A DNA stretch of 64,000 nucleotides from Candidatus Acidiferrum sp. (GCA_041482215.1 JBGPDI010000006.1:1591-65590), one strand, 5' to 3'. Shown: positions 17,801-28,756, numbered from the stretch's first letter. Numbers and translations are program-made. Notes: generated by a model from the letters alone, not told the origin.

Positions 17801-18091
17801 GAATCAGTTTTTAAGGTGAATGAAGGACGCCCCAACATTGTGGACCTGGTGAAAACGGGCAAGATCGATCTGGTGATTAACACGCCGCTTGGGCGAGAAT
17901 CCTTTTACGATGAGAAGTCGATTCGGCGCGCGGCAATTCGTTACAATATTCCGTGCATAACCACTCTGGCTGCGGCGCATGCGGCCGCGCGGGGAATTCG
18001 CGCGCTCCATGAGCAGGGAACGGAAGTTGCTGCGCTGCAGGATTTGCATCGCGGACAGGCTGCAGCTTCGGGTGTTCCTGCGGGAGATTGA
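14834..18091 (+). CDS. carB: Carbamoyl-phosphate synthase large subunit
   Basis: 1085 aa. Duplicated ATP-grasp halves, each starting (I/M)LGSGPN/IIIGQ..EFDYSG, plus a C-terminal MGS-like domain. Confidence 0.97.
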   Translation: MPKRKDIKKILIIGSGPIIIGQACEFDYSGAQACKALRSEGYEVVLVNSNPATIMTDPELAHRTYIEPLTKEYLEEIIAREKPDALLPTVGGQTALNLAVELSESGILEKYKVEMIGASLRAIKVAEDRLWFKDACRKIGLEVPASALVNNAKDALRLCDQLGFPLVIRPSFTLGGTGGSIAYNKEEFGEAIAHALDMSPVHEALVEESVLGWKEYELEVMRDFRDNFVVICTIENFDPMGVHTGDSITVAPAQTLTDKEYQRMRDASAAIIREVGVETGGSNVQFAINPENGRMVVIEMNPRVSRSSALASKATGFPIAKIAARLAVGMSLDEIPNDITKKTPACFEPTIDYVVVKIPKWQFEKFPGADSTLGTQMKSVGEVMAIGRTFKEALQKGVRSLEPSTPWRAPSETPDSLLREKLATPRPDRIHWLLTAMERGLPAQEICELTKIDPWFIQQIEELTAMNRRAAAVTVETASKELLREVKRNGTSDEQLAQIWRTTSASVRLQRARYGVTPVFKRVDTCAAEFESFTPYLYSTYEDEDESDAHAGPKVMILGSGPNRIGQGIEFDYCCCHAAFALREDGFETIMVNCNPETVSTDYDTSDRLYFEPLTLEDVLAIVEREKPQGVIVQFGGQTPLNLALELKRNGVPIVGTAPESIDLAEDRRRFGRLLDELRIPQPRNGTALVPEEAARVAGEIGMPVLVRPSYVLGGRAMVIAYDVNTVQEYVAQAALMGPARPVLIDQFLEEATEVDVDALADGTDVVIGGIMEHIEEAGVHSGDSSCVLPPVSLSPAILDTIREYTKRLALALKVVGLMNVQYAIQRDTVFVLEVNPRASRTVPFVSKATGVPLAKVAARLMTGKKLASMNLPIAMHNGVAEVRVHEFYSVKSPVFPFNKFRGVDTILGPEMRSTGEVMGISTSYGLAFAKAQLAAGQRLPRKGTVFLSVNDRDKKQLGALGKELSSLGFRLLATRGTAAALESAGIEAESVFKVNEGRPNIVDLVKTGKIDLVINTPLGRESFYDEKSIRRAAIRYNIPCITTLAAAHAAARGIRALHEQGTEVAALQDLHRGQAAASGVPAGD

Positions 18092-18094
18092 ACC

Positions 18095-18991
18095 ATGAAT
18101 TTTCTCGGTGTTTATTCCGCGCTGACGACGCCGTTCGCAAATGACGGATCGGTTTCGCTTGCAGACTTAAAGCACAACGTTCTCCGATATAACTCTACCG
18201 ACATCGCCGGCTACACAGTTGTGGGTTCAACTGGCGAGTCGGTATTGCTGACTCGAGCGGAGATGGATTCGATTCTCGCTACCGTCAAGGAATTTACGTC
18301 TAAAGAAAAGCAGTTGATCGCTGGCGCAGGTGCAGAATCAACGGCGGAAACGATCGAACGTACCAAGCGTGCGGCAGAGCTCGGATACGACGCGGCGCTG
18401 GTGAAGACGCCGTACTACTACAAGACGATGTACAAACCGGAGGTGCTGATCGCGCACTACCGGCGAGTGGCAGACGAATCTCCGATTCCCGTTTTGCTGT
18501 ATTCGATTCCACAATTCACTGGAATTGCTTTGGGCGCTGCGGAAGTTGCCAAACTCGCGGAGCATCCGAACATTATTGGTATCAAAGATAGTTCGGGAAA
18601 TGTGATGGGCGTTGGTGATTTTATTGCGGCAGTGCCGTCCACGTTTCAGGTTTTGGTCGGATCCGCGGCAACGGTTTATCCGTCGCTGGCAATTGGTGCT
18701 CGGGGAGCGATCCTCGCTCTAGCATGCGCGCTTCCCGAAAAGTGTGTTGCGTTGTTCGATTTGTTCCGGCAAGGCCAGCACGAGAAGGCACGCGAACTAC
18801 AATCCATATTGGCGCGCGCGTCGAAACTGATCGTTTCCGAACTCGGAATTGCGGGCGTGAAATTCGTGATGGATCAGCGCGGTTACCGTGGCGGTGATCC
18901 ACGCTTGCCGTTGGTCCCCTTGCAGCATGAACAAAAGAAACGCCTTACTGAGTTTCTTGCGACTTTGGAGCCCGCCGCAGTGCGGGCGTAA
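18095..18991 (+). CDS. Dihydrodipicolinate synthase (DapA/NAL) family lyase
   Basis: 298 aa. VVGSTGE motif, catalytic-Lys context IGIKDSSG and YYY(K)T. Substrate cannot be assigned from the sequence alone. Confidence 0.8.
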   Translation: MNFLGVYSALTTPFANDGSVSLADLKHNVLRYNSTDIAGYTVVGSTGESVLLTRAEMDSILATVKEFTSKEKQLIAGAGAESTAETIERTKRAAELGYDAALVKTPYYYKTMYKPEVLIAHYRRVADESPIPVLLYSIPQFTGIALGAAEVAKLAEHPNIIGIKDSSGNVMGVGDFIAAVPSTFQVLVGSAATVYPSLAIGARGAILALACALPEKCVALFDLFRQGQHEKARELQSILARASKLIVSELGIAGVKFVMDQRGYRGGDPRLPLVPLQHEQKKRLTEFLATLEPAAVRA

Positions 18992-19076
18992 TTTCGAACA
19001 ATCGGACTCAATTGATGTTGGGAACCCTGGGCTGTGGCTCTGATAACCTTTCCGTCGTAGTACCATCTAACGGCTC

Positions 19077-20690
19077 ATGGATTGTCGCTCTCTCACCTTC
19101 CGACAACTGCCCCATCAACCAAAACTGTTTCTCGATTACCTGGATCATTTTGAAAAGGTGAAGTCGTTCTACGTCCATGCGCCGACGATGCCGGCGGTTA
19201 CGCGCGCGTCTCGGAAGATGAATTATCCGGGCGATCGAAGAGCAGAAGTAAGTGTGATTTTGCGGAAGCAGAACGTTGCGCTGGGAGCTGGTGCGGAAAC
19301 GCAGGCAAATCTAGACCGGCTGGAAAAAGGGGCAGTTGCGATTGTTTCCGGGCAGCAGGTGGGATTGTTCAGCGGTCCGGCGTATGCGGTTTACAAAGCG
19401 CTTTCCGCTATTCAGATCGCTGAGGAATTGACGCGAGGCGGGACTCCCGCAGTGCCGGTTTTTTGGATGGCGACGGAAGATCACGATCTCGACGAAGTAC
19501 GTCACGCAACGTGGTTCGACAAAGGGAAGCTCGTTCGGTTTGAACTACCGGCTTCCGCGGAGACAGGGCGTCCGGTAGGGCAGATTCCTCTGGGCTCGCA
19601 AATCGAACCGCTGGTTCACGAAGCAGCGGAGTTGCTGGCGAACGAGGGAAGCGATCTGCTGGCGCAGTATTTGATTGAAAGCTACCGGCCGGGAGAAACG
19701 TTTGGCAGCGCATTTGGCAAATTGTTTGCGCGATTGTTTTCTCAGCAAGGTTTGATTTTGATGGATCCGCTGGATGCGGGGTTGCACAAAGTGGCGGCGC
19801 CGCTCTTTCAGCATGCGCTGGCGGAGCGCGATGCATTGAATGAGAAGCTTCTGCAGCGCGGAAAAGAGTTGGATCGCGCGGGATACGATTCGCAGGTTAA
19901 GGTGACTTCGCGGAGCACGCTGCTATTTCGCATGGACGAAGGCGGCCGGCAAGTTGTCACCGCGAGTACGGAGAGGTTTCAAGCGGGCGAGAAGACCTGG
20001 GGGCGCGAGGAACTGGTGCATTTGACGCACACGGAGCCCGAGAAATTCAGTCCCAATGCGCTGTTCCGCCCAGTGGTACAGGATTTTCTTTTGCCGACGG
20101 CGGCGTATATTGCGGGGCCGGCCGAGATTTCTTATTTTGCGCAATCGGAGGTGGTGTACCGGCATTTGCTGGGAAGGATGCCAGTGATGCTGCCGCGGGC
20201 GGGGTTCACGCTGGTTGATGCGAGGGCGAACAAACTCTTGAGGCGCTATGGGCTGACCGCAGAGGATGTTTGGGCTGGACCGCAGGGATTGCGGCACAAG
20301 ATGGAGGGGAAATCGGTCCCTGCCTCGCTCGGGAAAAACATCGAACATGACCAGAAACAGATTGCGAAGATGCTTGCGAAACTTGGAAAACAGATTGAAA
20401 AGATCGATCCAACGTTGAAGGGCACGGTGGAGAGATCTCGGAAGAGCATCGAGTTTCACATCGAAAAGCTGCGGCGGAAAGCGGGGCGCGCGCAGGATCA
20501 GAAGGCCGGCCTGATTTCCGAGCATGAGACCTATCTGGAGTCGCTGCTCCATCCTCACAAGGCGCTGCAGTCGCGGGAATTGTGTTTGCTCCCGTTTCTG
20601 GCGCGGTGGGGGGCGGGCGGGCTTGGGGAATTGCAGAAAATGGCGACTGGAAAGAAGATCGGGCATCATTTCGTCGTTCAGCTTCCTTAG
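19077..20690 (+). CDS. bshC: Bacillithiol biosynthesis cysteine-adding enzyme BshC
   Basis: 537 aa, the typical BshC length. N-terminal LPHQPKLFLDYL and SGQQVGLFSGPAYAVYKALSAIQIAEEL match the BshC (YllA) family pattern. Confidence 0.8.
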   Translation: MDCRSLTFRQLPHQPKLFLDYLDHFEKVKSFYVHAPTMPAVTRASRKMNYPGDRRAEVSVILRKQNVALGAGAETQANLDRLEKGAVAIVSGQQVGLFSGPAYAVYKALSAIQIAEELTRGGTPAVPVFWMATEDHDLDEVRHATWFDKGKLVRFELPASAETGRPVGQIPLGSQIEPLVHEAAELLANEGSDLLAQYLIESYRPGETFGSAFGKLFARLFSQQGLILMDPLDAGLHKVAAPLFQHALAERDALNEKLLQRGKELDRAGYDSQVKVTSRSTLLFRMDEGGRQVVTASTERFQAGEKTWGREELVHLTHTEPEKFSPNALFRPVVQDFLLPTAAYIAGPAEISYFAQSEVVYRHLLGRMPVMLPRAGFTLVDARANKLLRRYGLTAEDVWAGPQGLRHKMEGKSVPASLGKNIEHDQKQIAKMLAKLGKQIEKIDPTLKGTVERSRKSIEFHIEKLRRKAGRAQDQKAGLISEHETYLESLLHPHKALQSRELCLLPFLARWGAGGLGELQKMATGKKIGHHFVVQLP

Positions 20691-20705
20691 GATTGGAAAG
20701 CAGGA

Positions 20706-20727
20706 GCCGGCAAGATGCCGGCGCTAC
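20706..20727. repeat. GCCGGC-hairpin repeat, copy 2
   Basis: gccggcaagatgccggcgctac, between bshC and the YjbQ-family gene. Matches 6092-6113. Confidence 0.8.
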
Positions 20728-20746
20728 AAAATACTCGTAACCCTCC

Positions 20747-21142
20747 ATGCAAATACTCACTGTGAAGACGGACCGGCGGACGCAGCTTGTGGATGTGACC
20801 GCGCTGGTCCAGAAAGTGGTTGCAGCGTCTGGGGTTGCGACTGGGACTTGTTATGTCTATGTGCCGCATACGACGGCGGCAGTGACGATCAATGAGTGCG
20901 CGGACCCGGATGTGGCGCGGGATGTTGAAGACGCGATGGACCGGCTCATTCCGGCGATGGGGCCGTATCGGCATAGCGAGGGGAATTCGGATTCGCATGT
21001 GAAGGCAGTGCTTGTCGGAACGAGTCAGAGCGTGTTTGTGGAAGGCGGTAAGCTGGTGCTTGGGCGCTGGCAAGGGATTTTGTTTTGTGAGTTTGATGGT
21101 CCGCGCGAGCGGCGACTGCAAGTGAAGGTCGTGGCTGACTAA
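20747..21142 (+). CDS. YjbQ/UPF0047 family protein (secondary thiamine-phosphate synthase-like)
   Basis: 131 aa. [18 protein letters not shown]...[16 protein letters not shown]...[17 protein letters not shown] is the family signature. Confidence 0.85.
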   Translation: MQILTVKTDRRTQLVDVTALVQKVVAASGVATGTCYVYVPHTTAAVTINECADPDVARDVEDAMDRLIPAMGPYRHSEGNSDSHVKAVLVGTSQSVFVEGGKLVLGRWQGILFCEFDGPRERRLQVKVVAD

Positions 21143-21232
21143 GTTGCCTCTCAGGTCAAATGAATTCTGGCTATCGCACAGCGCAGATCGCGAATGCCTG
21201 GATGCGGCAAGACAAAGGAAAGAGTCAGGATC

Positions 21233-22267
21233 TCACGGTTCAGAAGACAGATCCTCAACGACTCGACGAATACCCTCTACAACTCTGGCCATTTTCGCGA
21301 AGTCTAGCTTGTCCGCAGTGTCTCTGGGAGTGTGATAGTAGGGATTCCGAAAGATGGCTGTGTCCGTGATCATGATGGCTGGGTAGCCAGCTTGCCAGAA
21401 CGACCAATGATCGGACCATCCGACTCCGGGCCACTCCACTGGAGCAGCAACGCCTTCGGACGGGAAGCTCGTAGTCTCACGGAAGCTACGGATGGCGCGG
21501 CGCACCAACTCAGGCGAATCCGCTTTACCCACAAAACCGATGAAATTGCCCTGGCTGGGATAGAGCCATCCCAAGGCTGCCGGGTATTTTTGGCTGCCCG
21601 ATGCTTCAGAATAATAGCCGAGCATCTCAAGAGAGAGCATCGCAGACACTGCGGCGTTCTCTCGCTTGAGTTGCCGTGCGTAAACGAGGCTGCCCATCGT
21701 GTCGGTTTGGAAAAACGGTGGCTCTTCATTAACAAAAAGAACAAAGCGTATGGTCTTACGAAGCTTACTGTCATGGAGCATTCGCGCCAGTTCTAAGATG
21801 GCTGCCACCCCTGTAGCATTGTCATCGGCGCCGACAGTTCCTGGCACACAGTCGTAGTGAGCGCCAACGATTACCGCGCCACTCGCGGCATCATCCCCCA
21901 AAAGGATTGCTTCAAGATTGGTAACCTTCTGACCATTCGATGAATAGGAATGCTCTGATACCTCGTAGCCGACCCTGCGGAGTTCAGCGGCCAAGTACTC
22001 GGTGACCGCCTGGAGGGATTCAGGCTTATCGGCACTTCGCTCACCAATGGTTACAGAGAGAACGTTCACTTGCGCTGCCAGACGTGCAGCGAGTTCGGAC
22101 TGGGAGGTGGATAGAAGGGGCAGTGGACCTCGATGGGACCGAAGTGGCATTCGGGTAACACGTAGAATCCAAATCAGCGCGAACACGAGCGCAATGCCGA
22201 TCACGGCAAAAATTAGAAGCCACAACCACTTGGGAGCAGATGGACGATTTGCTGATTCAAACATCAA
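21233..22267 (-). CDS. M28 family metallopeptidase with an N-terminal membrane anchor
   Basis: 344 aa. GAHYD...GADDNATGVAAILELARML and FVLFVNEEPPFF zinc-ligand motifs. N-terminal TM helix WLWLLIFAVIGIALVFALIWIL. Confidence 0.85.
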   Translation of the reverse strand: MMFESANRPSAPKWLWLLIFAVIGIALVFALIWILRVTRMPLRSHRGPLPLLSTSQSELAARLAAQVNVLSVTIGERSADKPESLQAVTEYLAAELRRVGYEVSEHSYSSNGQKVTNLEAILLGDDAASGAVIVGAHYDCVPGTVGADDNATGVAAILELARMLHDSKLRKTIRFVLFVNEEPPFFQTDTMGSLVYARQLKRENAAVSAMLSLEMLGYYSEASGSQKYPAALGWLYPSQGNFIGFVGKADSPELVRRAIRSFRETTSFPSEGVAAPVEWPGVGWSDHWSFWQAGYPAIMITDTAIFRNPYYHTPRDTADKLDFAKMARVVEGIRRVVEDLSSEP

Positions 22268-22386
22268 GCACCATTTCGCGGCGCTAGGCTATCACCGTAG
22301 GACAGCTAGCGTTGGAGAATTTACCGAACTTGGCCCACCTGCTGCTTGGTAACAAGTTTCAAGCGGGGGTGTGCTAAAGTTTTTGG

Positions 22387-23649
22387 GTGATGAGGAAGAT
22401 AGGGATTTACGTGCAGGTGCCGTTCTGTCAGACGAAGTGTACGTATTGCAATTTTCATACGGGGGTGGTGGCTAGTAGCAGGTTTGCGCCTTATGTGGAG
22501 GCGGTTTGTGGGGAGATTCGGGGGCATAGGGAGTTGTTGAGATCGGCGGGGGTTGGAGACCTCGCGGGAAACGCGCAAAACCCCGTTCGACATGTTGAGG
22601 GCATGCAGGAAGGGTTGCGCCATGGAGTGGTCGCTGACACCGTTTATATTGGAGGCGGAACCCCGAGCCTTCTCGATCCCGATCATTTGGCAGATATTTT
22701 GGATGAAGTCCGGGCCACGTTTAGTGGGCGGCTCGCCTCAGAAGGCGAGCCCTACAATAGCGGGGCGACGGTATTGGAAGAGGTGACGCTGGAGGCGGAT
22801 CCGGAGACTGTGGAGGCGGGAAAGGCAGAGGCTTGGGTACGGGCGGGGATCAATCGGGTGAGCTTTGGGTTGCAGTCGTTTGTGGATAAAGAGTTGGTGG
22901 CGGCTGGGCGGATGCATCGGCGGGCGGATATTTATCGGGCGGTGCCGATTTTGCGGGCGGCGGGGATAGGGAATATAAGTTTTGATTTGATTGCGGGGTT
23001 GCCGTTTCAGACGAAGGAAAGTTGGCGGCAGTCTTTGGATGAGTTGACGGGGCTCTCGCCGGAGCACGTATCGGTTTATTTGCTGGAGATTGATGAGGGA
23101 AGCCGGCTAGGGACGGAGCTGTTGGGCGGAGGGAAGAAGTACAGCGCGGGGGCGGTGCCTAGCGAAGATGAGATGGCGGAGTTTTATGAGACGGCGCAGG
23201 AGGCGCTGGGGGCGGCGGGGTATCATCACTACGAGATTTCGAATTGGGCCAAGCCGGGATTTGAGTCCAGGCATAACTTGAAATATTGGCGGCGGGAGCC
23301 TTATCTGGGATTTGGGGCTGGGGCGCATTCTTTTTCGGGGACGGAGCGGTGGGCCAATGCGCATGACGCGGCGGCTTATGTGGCGGCAGTACAGGCTGGG
23401 CGATTGCCAGTGGAGCAGCATGAGACGCTGACGGCGGAAAGTGCGCTTGAAGAGGAATTGTTTTTGGGGTTGCGGCAGTTGGATGGGATTGATGTGGGAC
23501 GGATCGAGAAAGAGTATGGAGTGACGCTCGCAGGGAGATTTGATCCGTTGGCTTTTGCAGGTTTGGTGAAGAGAGATGGGAGCGTCGTGAGGTTGGCGCC
23601 GGAGAGGCTTAGTGTTTCGAATGAGGTGTTTGTGGAATTGATGAGGTAG
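22387..23649 (+). CDS. hemW: Radical SAM heme chaperone HemW / HemN-like coproporphyrinogen oxidase family
   Basis: 420 aa. YVQVPFCQTKCTYCNF CxxxCxxC cluster motif, GGGTPS, and a C-terminal HemN_C-like region. Confidence 0.85.
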   Translation: MMRKIGIYVQVPFCQTKCTYCNFHTGVVASSRFAPYVEAVCGEIRGHRELLRSAGVGDLAGNAQNPVRHVEGMQEGLRHGVVADTVYIGGGTPSLLDPDHLADILDEVRATFSGRLASEGEPYNSGATVLEEVTLEADPETVEAGKAEAWVRAGINRVSFGLQSFVDKELVAAGRMHRRADIYRAVPILRAAGIGNISFDLIAGLPFQTKESWRQSLDELTGLSPEHVSVYLLEIDEGSRLGTELLGGGKKYSAGAVPSEDEMAEFYETAQEALGAAGYHHYEISNWAKPGFESRHNLKYWRREPYLGFGAGAHSFSGTERWANAHDAAAYVAAVQAGRLPVEQHETLTAESALEEELFLGLRQLDGIDVGRIEKEYGVTLAGRFDPLAFAGLVKRDGSVVRLAPERLSVSNEVFVELMR

Positions 23650-23799
23650 AAAGACGAAGTAAGGAAGTAAAGAAATAACGACGTAAAGAAGAGAAAGAGA
23701 AGGGGAAACGATAACGGAGAGACGCAGAGGGCGCTGAGTTCGGAAAGAGAGAGATTTAACACAGAGTGCACTGAGGTCAGAGCACGGAGAGCACAGAGG
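23650..23799 (+). repeat. Composite intergenic repeat: purine-rich GAAGTAAGGA / ACGTAAAGAAG tract followed by a TTAACACAGAG...CACAGAGG tract
   Basis: The purine-rich part shares k-mers with the reverse complement of 5150-5260 (gaagtaagga, acgtaagaag, ggaaacga). The second part (23756-23799) parallels 6039-6079. Confidence 0.6.
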
Positions 23800-23814
23800 C
23801 GGAGAAGAGGGGAT

Positions 23815-24939
23815 ATGAGTTATACGGTGGCGAAGGGGAATCAACGGGTGGATCCGGACGCGGTGGCGGAGGCGGGCAAGACTGCGGACAGTGTGGTGGA
23901 TTTGCGGAGCGATACGGTCACGCGGCCGACGGCGGAGATGCGGCGGGCGATGGCGGAGGCGGAGGTCGGGGACGACGTTTATGGGGAGGACCCGACGGTC
24001 AACAGGCTTGAAAAGAGGGCGGCGGAGATATTTGGGAAAGAGGCGGCGCTGTTTGTTCCCACGGGATGCATGGGGAATCTGATCGGGATCAAGGTGTGGA
24101 CGCATCATGGCGATGAGGTGATTTGCGAAGAACGCGCGCACGTAAATTTGTATGAATTGGCTTCGATGTCGGCGATTGCGGGGTGTACCCCGCGGGTGGC
24201 TCGGGGGGAAGATGGGATTCTGACCTGGAAGCAGATCGAGACGGTGATACGGCCGAAGATTTATTACGATTCGCAGACGGCGCTGATTTGTTTAGAGAAC
24301 ACTAGCAACATGTGGGGAGGAACGGTTTATCCGACGGTGCAGTTGGAAGATATTTGCGATCACGCGCATGCGGCGGGACTGAAGGTACATCTGGATGGAG
24401 CGCGGATATTTAATGCGGCGACAGCGTTGGGAGATAACGTCGCGAACATGACGCGAAAAGTGGATTCGGTGATGTTTTGCTTGTCGAAGGGGCTGGGAGC
24501 GCCGGTGGGATCGATGGTGGTGGGAACGAAGGCGTTCATTGAGAAGGCGCGGGTGTGCCGAAAAATGTTTGGCGGGGGAATGCGGCAGGCGGGCGTGATT
24601 GCGGCGGCGGGATTGATTGCGCTGGAGAAGTCTCCGGCACGACTGCACGTTGATCAGGAGAATGCTAAGCGGCTGGCGGAAGGGATCGCGGAAACTCCGG
24701 GGTTGAGCATTGATCCGAAGAAGGTGCGGTCGAACATTGTGATTTTTGATTGTTCGAAGACGGGAAAGACAGCGGTGGAGTTGTGCGATGCGCTGCATCC
24801 TCATGGGGTGTGGGCGCAAGATACGGCGGTGCATGCGGTGCGGTTTGTTACGCATTGCGATGTGGACCGGGCGGGGATTGAGCGGGCGCTGGTGGTGCTC
24901 AAAGACGTTGTGGCGAAAACGCAGAGGGTGGGGGCGTAG
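23815..24939 (+). CDS. ltaE: Low-specificity L-threonine aldolase family (PLP-dependent)
   Basis: 374 aa. [38 protein letters not shown] is the hallmark N-terminus. The PLP-Lys context [12 protein letters not shown] is present. Confidence 0.85.
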   Translation: MSYTVAKGNQRVDPDAVAEAGKTADSVVDLRSDTVTRPTAEMRRAMAEAEVGDDVYGEDPTVNRLEKRAAEIFGKEAALFVPTGCMGNLIGIKVWTHHGDEVICEERAHVNLYELASMSAIAGCTPRVARGEDGILTWKQIETVIRPKIYYDSQTALICLENTSNMWGGTVYPTVQLEDICDHAHAAGLKVHLDGARIFNAATALGDNVANMTRKVDSVMFCLSKGLGAPVGSMVVGTKAFIEKARVCRKMFGGGMRQAGVIAAAGLIALEKSPARLHVDQENAKRLAEGIAETPGLSIDPKKVRSNIVIFDCSKTGKTAVELCDALHPHGVWAQDTAVHAVRFVTHCDVDRAGIERALVVLKDVVAKTQRVGA

Positions 24940-25000
24940 GGGAATCCCGTGATGCCGGGGGGAAAGCAGATTCCTCGCTGCGCTCGGAATGACAATCCAG
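24940..25000. repeat. Intergenic repeat containing the gattcctcgctgcgctcggaatgac motif
   Basis: The reverse frame reads HSERSEES. From memory, this motif recurs in soil-bacterium intergenic repeats. Only one copy is present in this window. Confidence 0.35.
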
Positions 25001-25011
25001 AATAATGAAAT

Positions 25012-26772
25012 TTAGGCGAGGGGGCCGGGGTTCTTTAGGTAGCGATCGACGATGGCGTCGGCGGTGCGATAGACGAAAGAGAGAATGGTGGGAGTGGGAT
25101 TGGCGGAAGCGTTTTGGGGGAAGGTGGATCCGCCGAGAATGAAAAGATTGGGCAATTGCCAATGCTGCAAGTAGGGGTTAACGACGGAGTGGGCGGGAGA
25201 ATCGCCCATGATGGTGCCTCCCTGGACGTGAGTGCTTTGGTAGCGGGTGGTGTCGTAGGAGCGCAGGCCCGGGAAGGCGTCGATCTCTTCTGCGTGCATG
25301 GCCCGGGCGATTTCTACGGCTTTGGGAGTGGCAAAGTCCACCATGTTGCGTTCGTTTTCGCGCCAGTCGAGAGTTAGCCGCAAGAGCGGGTCACCTAGTT
25401 TGTCCTTATAGGTGGGATCCAAATCCATGAAATGCGTTTTGTAGGCGAGATGTTCGCCGGTAAAGATGATCACGCCTGTGCGGTCGTAGTAAGAAACCGC
25501 GGCTTTTTTCCATTCGGGGCCCCAGGTGACCGTCACCGAGCGAGGCAGAACTCCAAAGGCGCCGATGGGCTGGAAACCGAAACCCCGGGCCGTGAAAAAC
25601 CCTCCGCGCAAGAAGGGGAGAGTGCCGCGATCGAAGACGTCTCCGTCGAAGTCAGACACCATCGTTCCTGCGGAACCGGAGCCCATGAAGCGATTGAGGG
25701 GTTCGGCAAAGAAAGCGGTAGCAGATGGAACGCTGATCTGGTGGGTGAGGTTGCTGCCTACTGTACCGCGACCGGTGGCGGGATCGTAAGGCTCGCCGAT
25801 TTTGGAGAGTAGGAGAAGGCGGGTATTGCTGAAAGTCCAGGAAGAGAGAATCACGAGAGCGGCTGGTTGGAAAATTTCTTCACCGTTGGCGTCGATGTAG
25901 GTGACACCGCGAGCGGCGGGCTTGGTGGTGCCGTCGGTGAGGATGCGATGGACCCAGGCGCCGGTACGGAGAGCCACATTCTTTTGTTTTTGGATGATCG
26001 GGAGTAAGAGATTTGTAGGTTGGGCTTTGGCGCCGACCATGCAGCCGAACCTTCCGCAAAATCCGCAGTAGGTACAGCCGCCGCGCGAAATGCCATCGAG
26101 GTTGGTGTAGGACTGGCTAATGTTGGCAGAGGGCACAGGGAACGGATGATGGCCGAGGGATTTGGAGGCGTCGCGAAAGAGGGCGGAGAAATAAGGGACT
26201 TTGGTGGGAGGAGTAGGGTATTCCTCGCTGCGCCAGCCTTCGAAAATGTTGCCGCCATCGATTTTTTGGCCTCGGAGATTTCCGGCTTTGCCGGAAGTGC
26301 CGAGGAGTTTGTCGACTCTGGTGTAGTAGGGCTCGAGTTCGTTGTAGTTGACGCCCCAATCTTGGACGGAATGATCTGCGGGCAGTGCGTTGGCGCCGTA
26401 TTTTTCAGTGGTGCGGGTGAGCAACTCGAAACAGTCGGGTTGGAAGCGGGGGCACTGGGCGTTCCAGTGTTCACCGGCGCCGCCTACGCCGGCGCCGGGC
26501 AAGAAGGAGCCGTGCTGGCGAAGCGGGAGGGCACGCTTGTTGGCGTTGTGGCGGAAGGTGACAGTGTCATGGGAGAGGTCCTGCATCATGTGGAGGCGAA
26601 TGGCGTAGTCCAATTCGTCCATGGCGTTGGCGTAATCGGCGGATTCGCGGGCGGGGCCACGTTCGAGGACGACGATGTTGAGCGCGGTGCGAGAGCCGAG
26701 CTCTTTGGCCATGAGAAGGCCGGACCAACCGCCGCCGATGATGACGACGTCTACGGCGGGGAGAGATTTCAT
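25012..26772 (-). CDS. GMC family FAD-dependent oxidoreductase (gluconate 2-dehydrogenase flavoprotein-like large subunit)
   Basis: 586 aa. N-terminal Rossmann motif VDVVIIGGGWSGLLMAKEL and a C-terminal GMC_oxred_C-like region. Start overlaps the small-subunit gene. Confidence 0.85.
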   Translation of the reverse strand: MKSLPAVDVVIIGGGWSGLLMAKELGSRTALNIVVLERGPARESADYANAMDELDYAIRLHMMQDLSHDTVTFRHNANKRALPLRQHGSFLPGAGVGGAGEHWNAQCPRFQPDCFELLTRTTEKYGANALPADHSVQDWGVNYNELEPYYTRVDKLLGTSGKAGNLRGQKIDGGNIFEGWRSEEYPTPPTKVPYFSALFRDASKSLGHHPFPVPSANISQSYTNLDGISRGGCTYCGFCGRFGCMVGAKAQPTNLLLPIIQKQKNVALRTGAWVHRILTDGTTKPAARGVTYIDANGEEIFQPAALVILSSWTFSNTRLLLLSKIGEPYDPATGRGTVGSNLTHQISVPSATAFFAEPLNRFMGSGSAGTMVSDFDGDVFDRGTLPFLRGGFFTARGFGFQPIGAFGVLPRSVTVTWGPEWKKAAVSYYDRTGVIIFTGEHLAYKTHFMDLDPTYKDKLGDPLLRLTLDWRENERNMVDFATPKAVEIARAMHAEEIDAFPGLRSYDTTRYQSTHVQGGTIMGDSPAHSVVNPYLQHWQLPNLFILGGSTFPQNASANPTPTILSFVYRTADAIVDRYLKNPGPLA

Positions 26773-27428
26773 GGCTCGTCCTCGAGGGGACGGTATTTTG
26801 CATGAGTGGATTGAGCGAGAGTGAGTGGTTTGGGACGGAAGGCTTTGCCGTAGTATTTCTCGATTTCATCAAGATTGCTCATACGCGGGCCGGGAAAGCC
26901 GATGAGTTGCCAGCCGACCATGCCGGCATTACCGCCGTGAACAGGATCGCAGAACATTCCTTCGATGGTGTTTTGGCGGAGGAGTCGGAAAAACAAGGAG
27001 GATTCGATTTTTTGGAGGGTCTGGTCTTGTTCGGCGGGAGGGAGGAGGTCGAATCCGGTGAGTGATTTCAGGCCATCGCGGTAGATTTCGCGAGGAGTTT
27101 GCTTGCCTTGATAGCCGAGCTCAGCGGGGGCGTCTTCGAACGGCGGTTGCGTGTATCGGAAGCGATCGCGGCCGTAGGAGCCGGCGAGCTGGCGGTCGAT
27201 GTAAATGGAGACGCCGGCTTCGCGGGCGCCGGGGCCCGATTCGTCTGAAGGAAAGATGCGGGCAGCAGCGGCGGCGACGATTAGAGCTTCTTTTTCGGTG
27301 AAGAAACGGAGCGGGACTCGAACTGGTTTGTGTTGAGCGGAGAGAAGCGATGCTTTGCGATCTAGAGTGTAGACGAGGACGCCGCCAAGCGTGGACGCGG
27401 AAAGAGTTAGAAAATGGCGGCGGCGCAT
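26769..27428 (-). CDS. Gluconate 2-dehydrogenase subunit 3 family protein with a Tat signal
   Basis: 219 aa. Twin-arginine leader MRRRHFLTLSASTLGGV. 4-nt overlap with the GMC gene. Confidence 0.75.
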   Translation of the reverse strand: MRRRHFLTLSASTLGGVLVYTLDRKASLLSAQHKPVRVPLRFFTEKEALIVAAAAARIFPSDESGPGAREAGVSIYIDRQLAGSYGRDRFRYTQPPFEDAPAELGYQGKQTPREIYRDGLKSLTGFDLLPPAEQDQTLQKIESSLFFRLLRQNTIEGMFCDPVHGGNAGMVGWQLIGFPGPRMSNLDEIEKYYGKAFRPKPLTLAQSTHAKYRPLEDEP

Positions 27429-27607
27429 GCGTGGGAGTCTAGCAGAAGGGCGAATGGAGAAAGAAGGAATTACAGATTTCGGCGGGCGGAATTTGACGAA
27501 AGTTGCGATGATGGAATCGGTGGGAGCGGAATAAGGAAAGTGAGTCTACGGTATGTATAATATTCTGAGCAAGTACAGTGAGCGCAGTTAGTTGAACGGG
27601 AGCGATT

Positions 27608-28756
27608 GTGGAATTTGGCCTAACTGAGGAACAGCAGCAGCTACGCCGGAGTGTTCGGGCGTTCGCCGAGGGCGAGATCGGTCCGCACGTAATGGAGTGG
27701 GATGAGGCTTCCCATTTTCCCGCGGAGATCATGCCGAAGTTGGGAGAGATGGGGCTGCTCGGGGTGATTTTTCCAGAGCAGTATGGGGGAGCGGGGCTGG
27801 GGTACATCGAGTACGCGCTGGCGATTGAAGAGTTGTCGCGAGTGGATGGATCAGTTGGGCTAATTGTTGCGGCGCACAATTCGCTTTGCTCAAACCACAT
27901 TTTTAAGTTTGGGACGGAGGCACAAAAGAAAAAGTATCTGGTGCCGTTGGCTTCGGGGAAGGCGATTGGGGCGTGGTCGTTGACGGAGCCTGAGGCGGGC
28001 TCGGATGCCGGTGGTACGAAGACGACGGCGGTGCGCGATGGGAAGCATTGGGTGCTGAACGGTGCGAAGACTTTTACGACGAACGGCCACTACGCGAATT
28101 ATTGCATCGCGATGGCGGTGACGGATAAATCTATGGGTTCACACGGAATCAGCGCGTTTGTTTTGGAAAAAGGAATGCCGGGGTTTAAGCCGGGGAAAAA
28201 AGAAAACAAGCTGGGGATGCGAGCGAGTGACACTTCGGAAGTGATTTTTAGCGATTGCCGCGTGCCGGAGGAAAATTTATTGGGGCCGGAGGGCGAGGGT
28301 TTCACGGGCAGCTTGAAGATTTTGGATGGTGGACGGATTTCGATTGCGGCGTTGGCTTTGGGGATGGCGCAAGGTGCACTTGAGGCGGCTACGAAGTACG
28401 CGAAGCAACGAAAACAGTTTGGGCAGCCGATCAGCGAGTTTCAAGCGGTGCAATTTAAACTGGCGGATATGGCTACACAGGTCGAAGCGGCGCGATTGCT
28501 TGTGTATCAGGCTGCGTGGCTGGCGGATAAGAAGGATGTGCGGTTCACGCGGGAATCGAGCATGGCGAAGCTCTTTGCGAGCGAAATCGCGGTCAGCGTG
28601 GCGAATGAGTGCGTGCAGATTCACGGCGGGTACGGATTTATCAAGGATTATCCAGCGGAGAAATATTACCGCGATGTGAAGCTCTGCACGATTGGCGAAG
28701 GCACGAGTGAGATTCAGCGATTGGTGATTGCGCGGCAGCTGCTTGGCAAGAAATAA
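27608..28756 (+). CDS. Acyl-CoA dehydrogenase (short/medium-chain type)
   Basis: 382 aa. [49 protein letters not shown]. Confidence 0.92.
   Translation: MEFGLTEEQQQLRRSVRAFAEGEIGPHVMEWDEASHFPAEIMPKLGEMGLLGVIFPEQYGGAGLGYIEYALAIEELSRVDGSVGLIVAAHNSLCSNHIFKFGTEAQKKKYLVPLASGKAIGAWSLTEPEAGSDAGGTKTTAVRDGKHWVLNGAKTFTTNGHYANYCIAMAVTDKSMGSHGISAFVLEKGMPGFKPGKKENKLGMRASDTSEVIFSDCRVPEENLLGPEGEGFTGSLKILDGGRISIAALALGMAQGALEAATKYAKQRKQFGQPISEFQAVQFKLADMATQVEAARLLVYQAAWLADKKDVRFTRESSMAKLFASEIAVSVANECVQIHGGYGFIKDYPAEKYYRDVKLCTIGEGTSEIQRLVIARQLLGKK

Noticed and set aside
27540-27565. TATAAT box (about 27555-27560) upstream of the acyl-CoA dehydrogenase gene, considered as a promoter
   Set aside because: There is no acceptable -35 element at 16-18 nt, and the TG does not have extended -10 spacing. 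The support is too weak to list as a feature.
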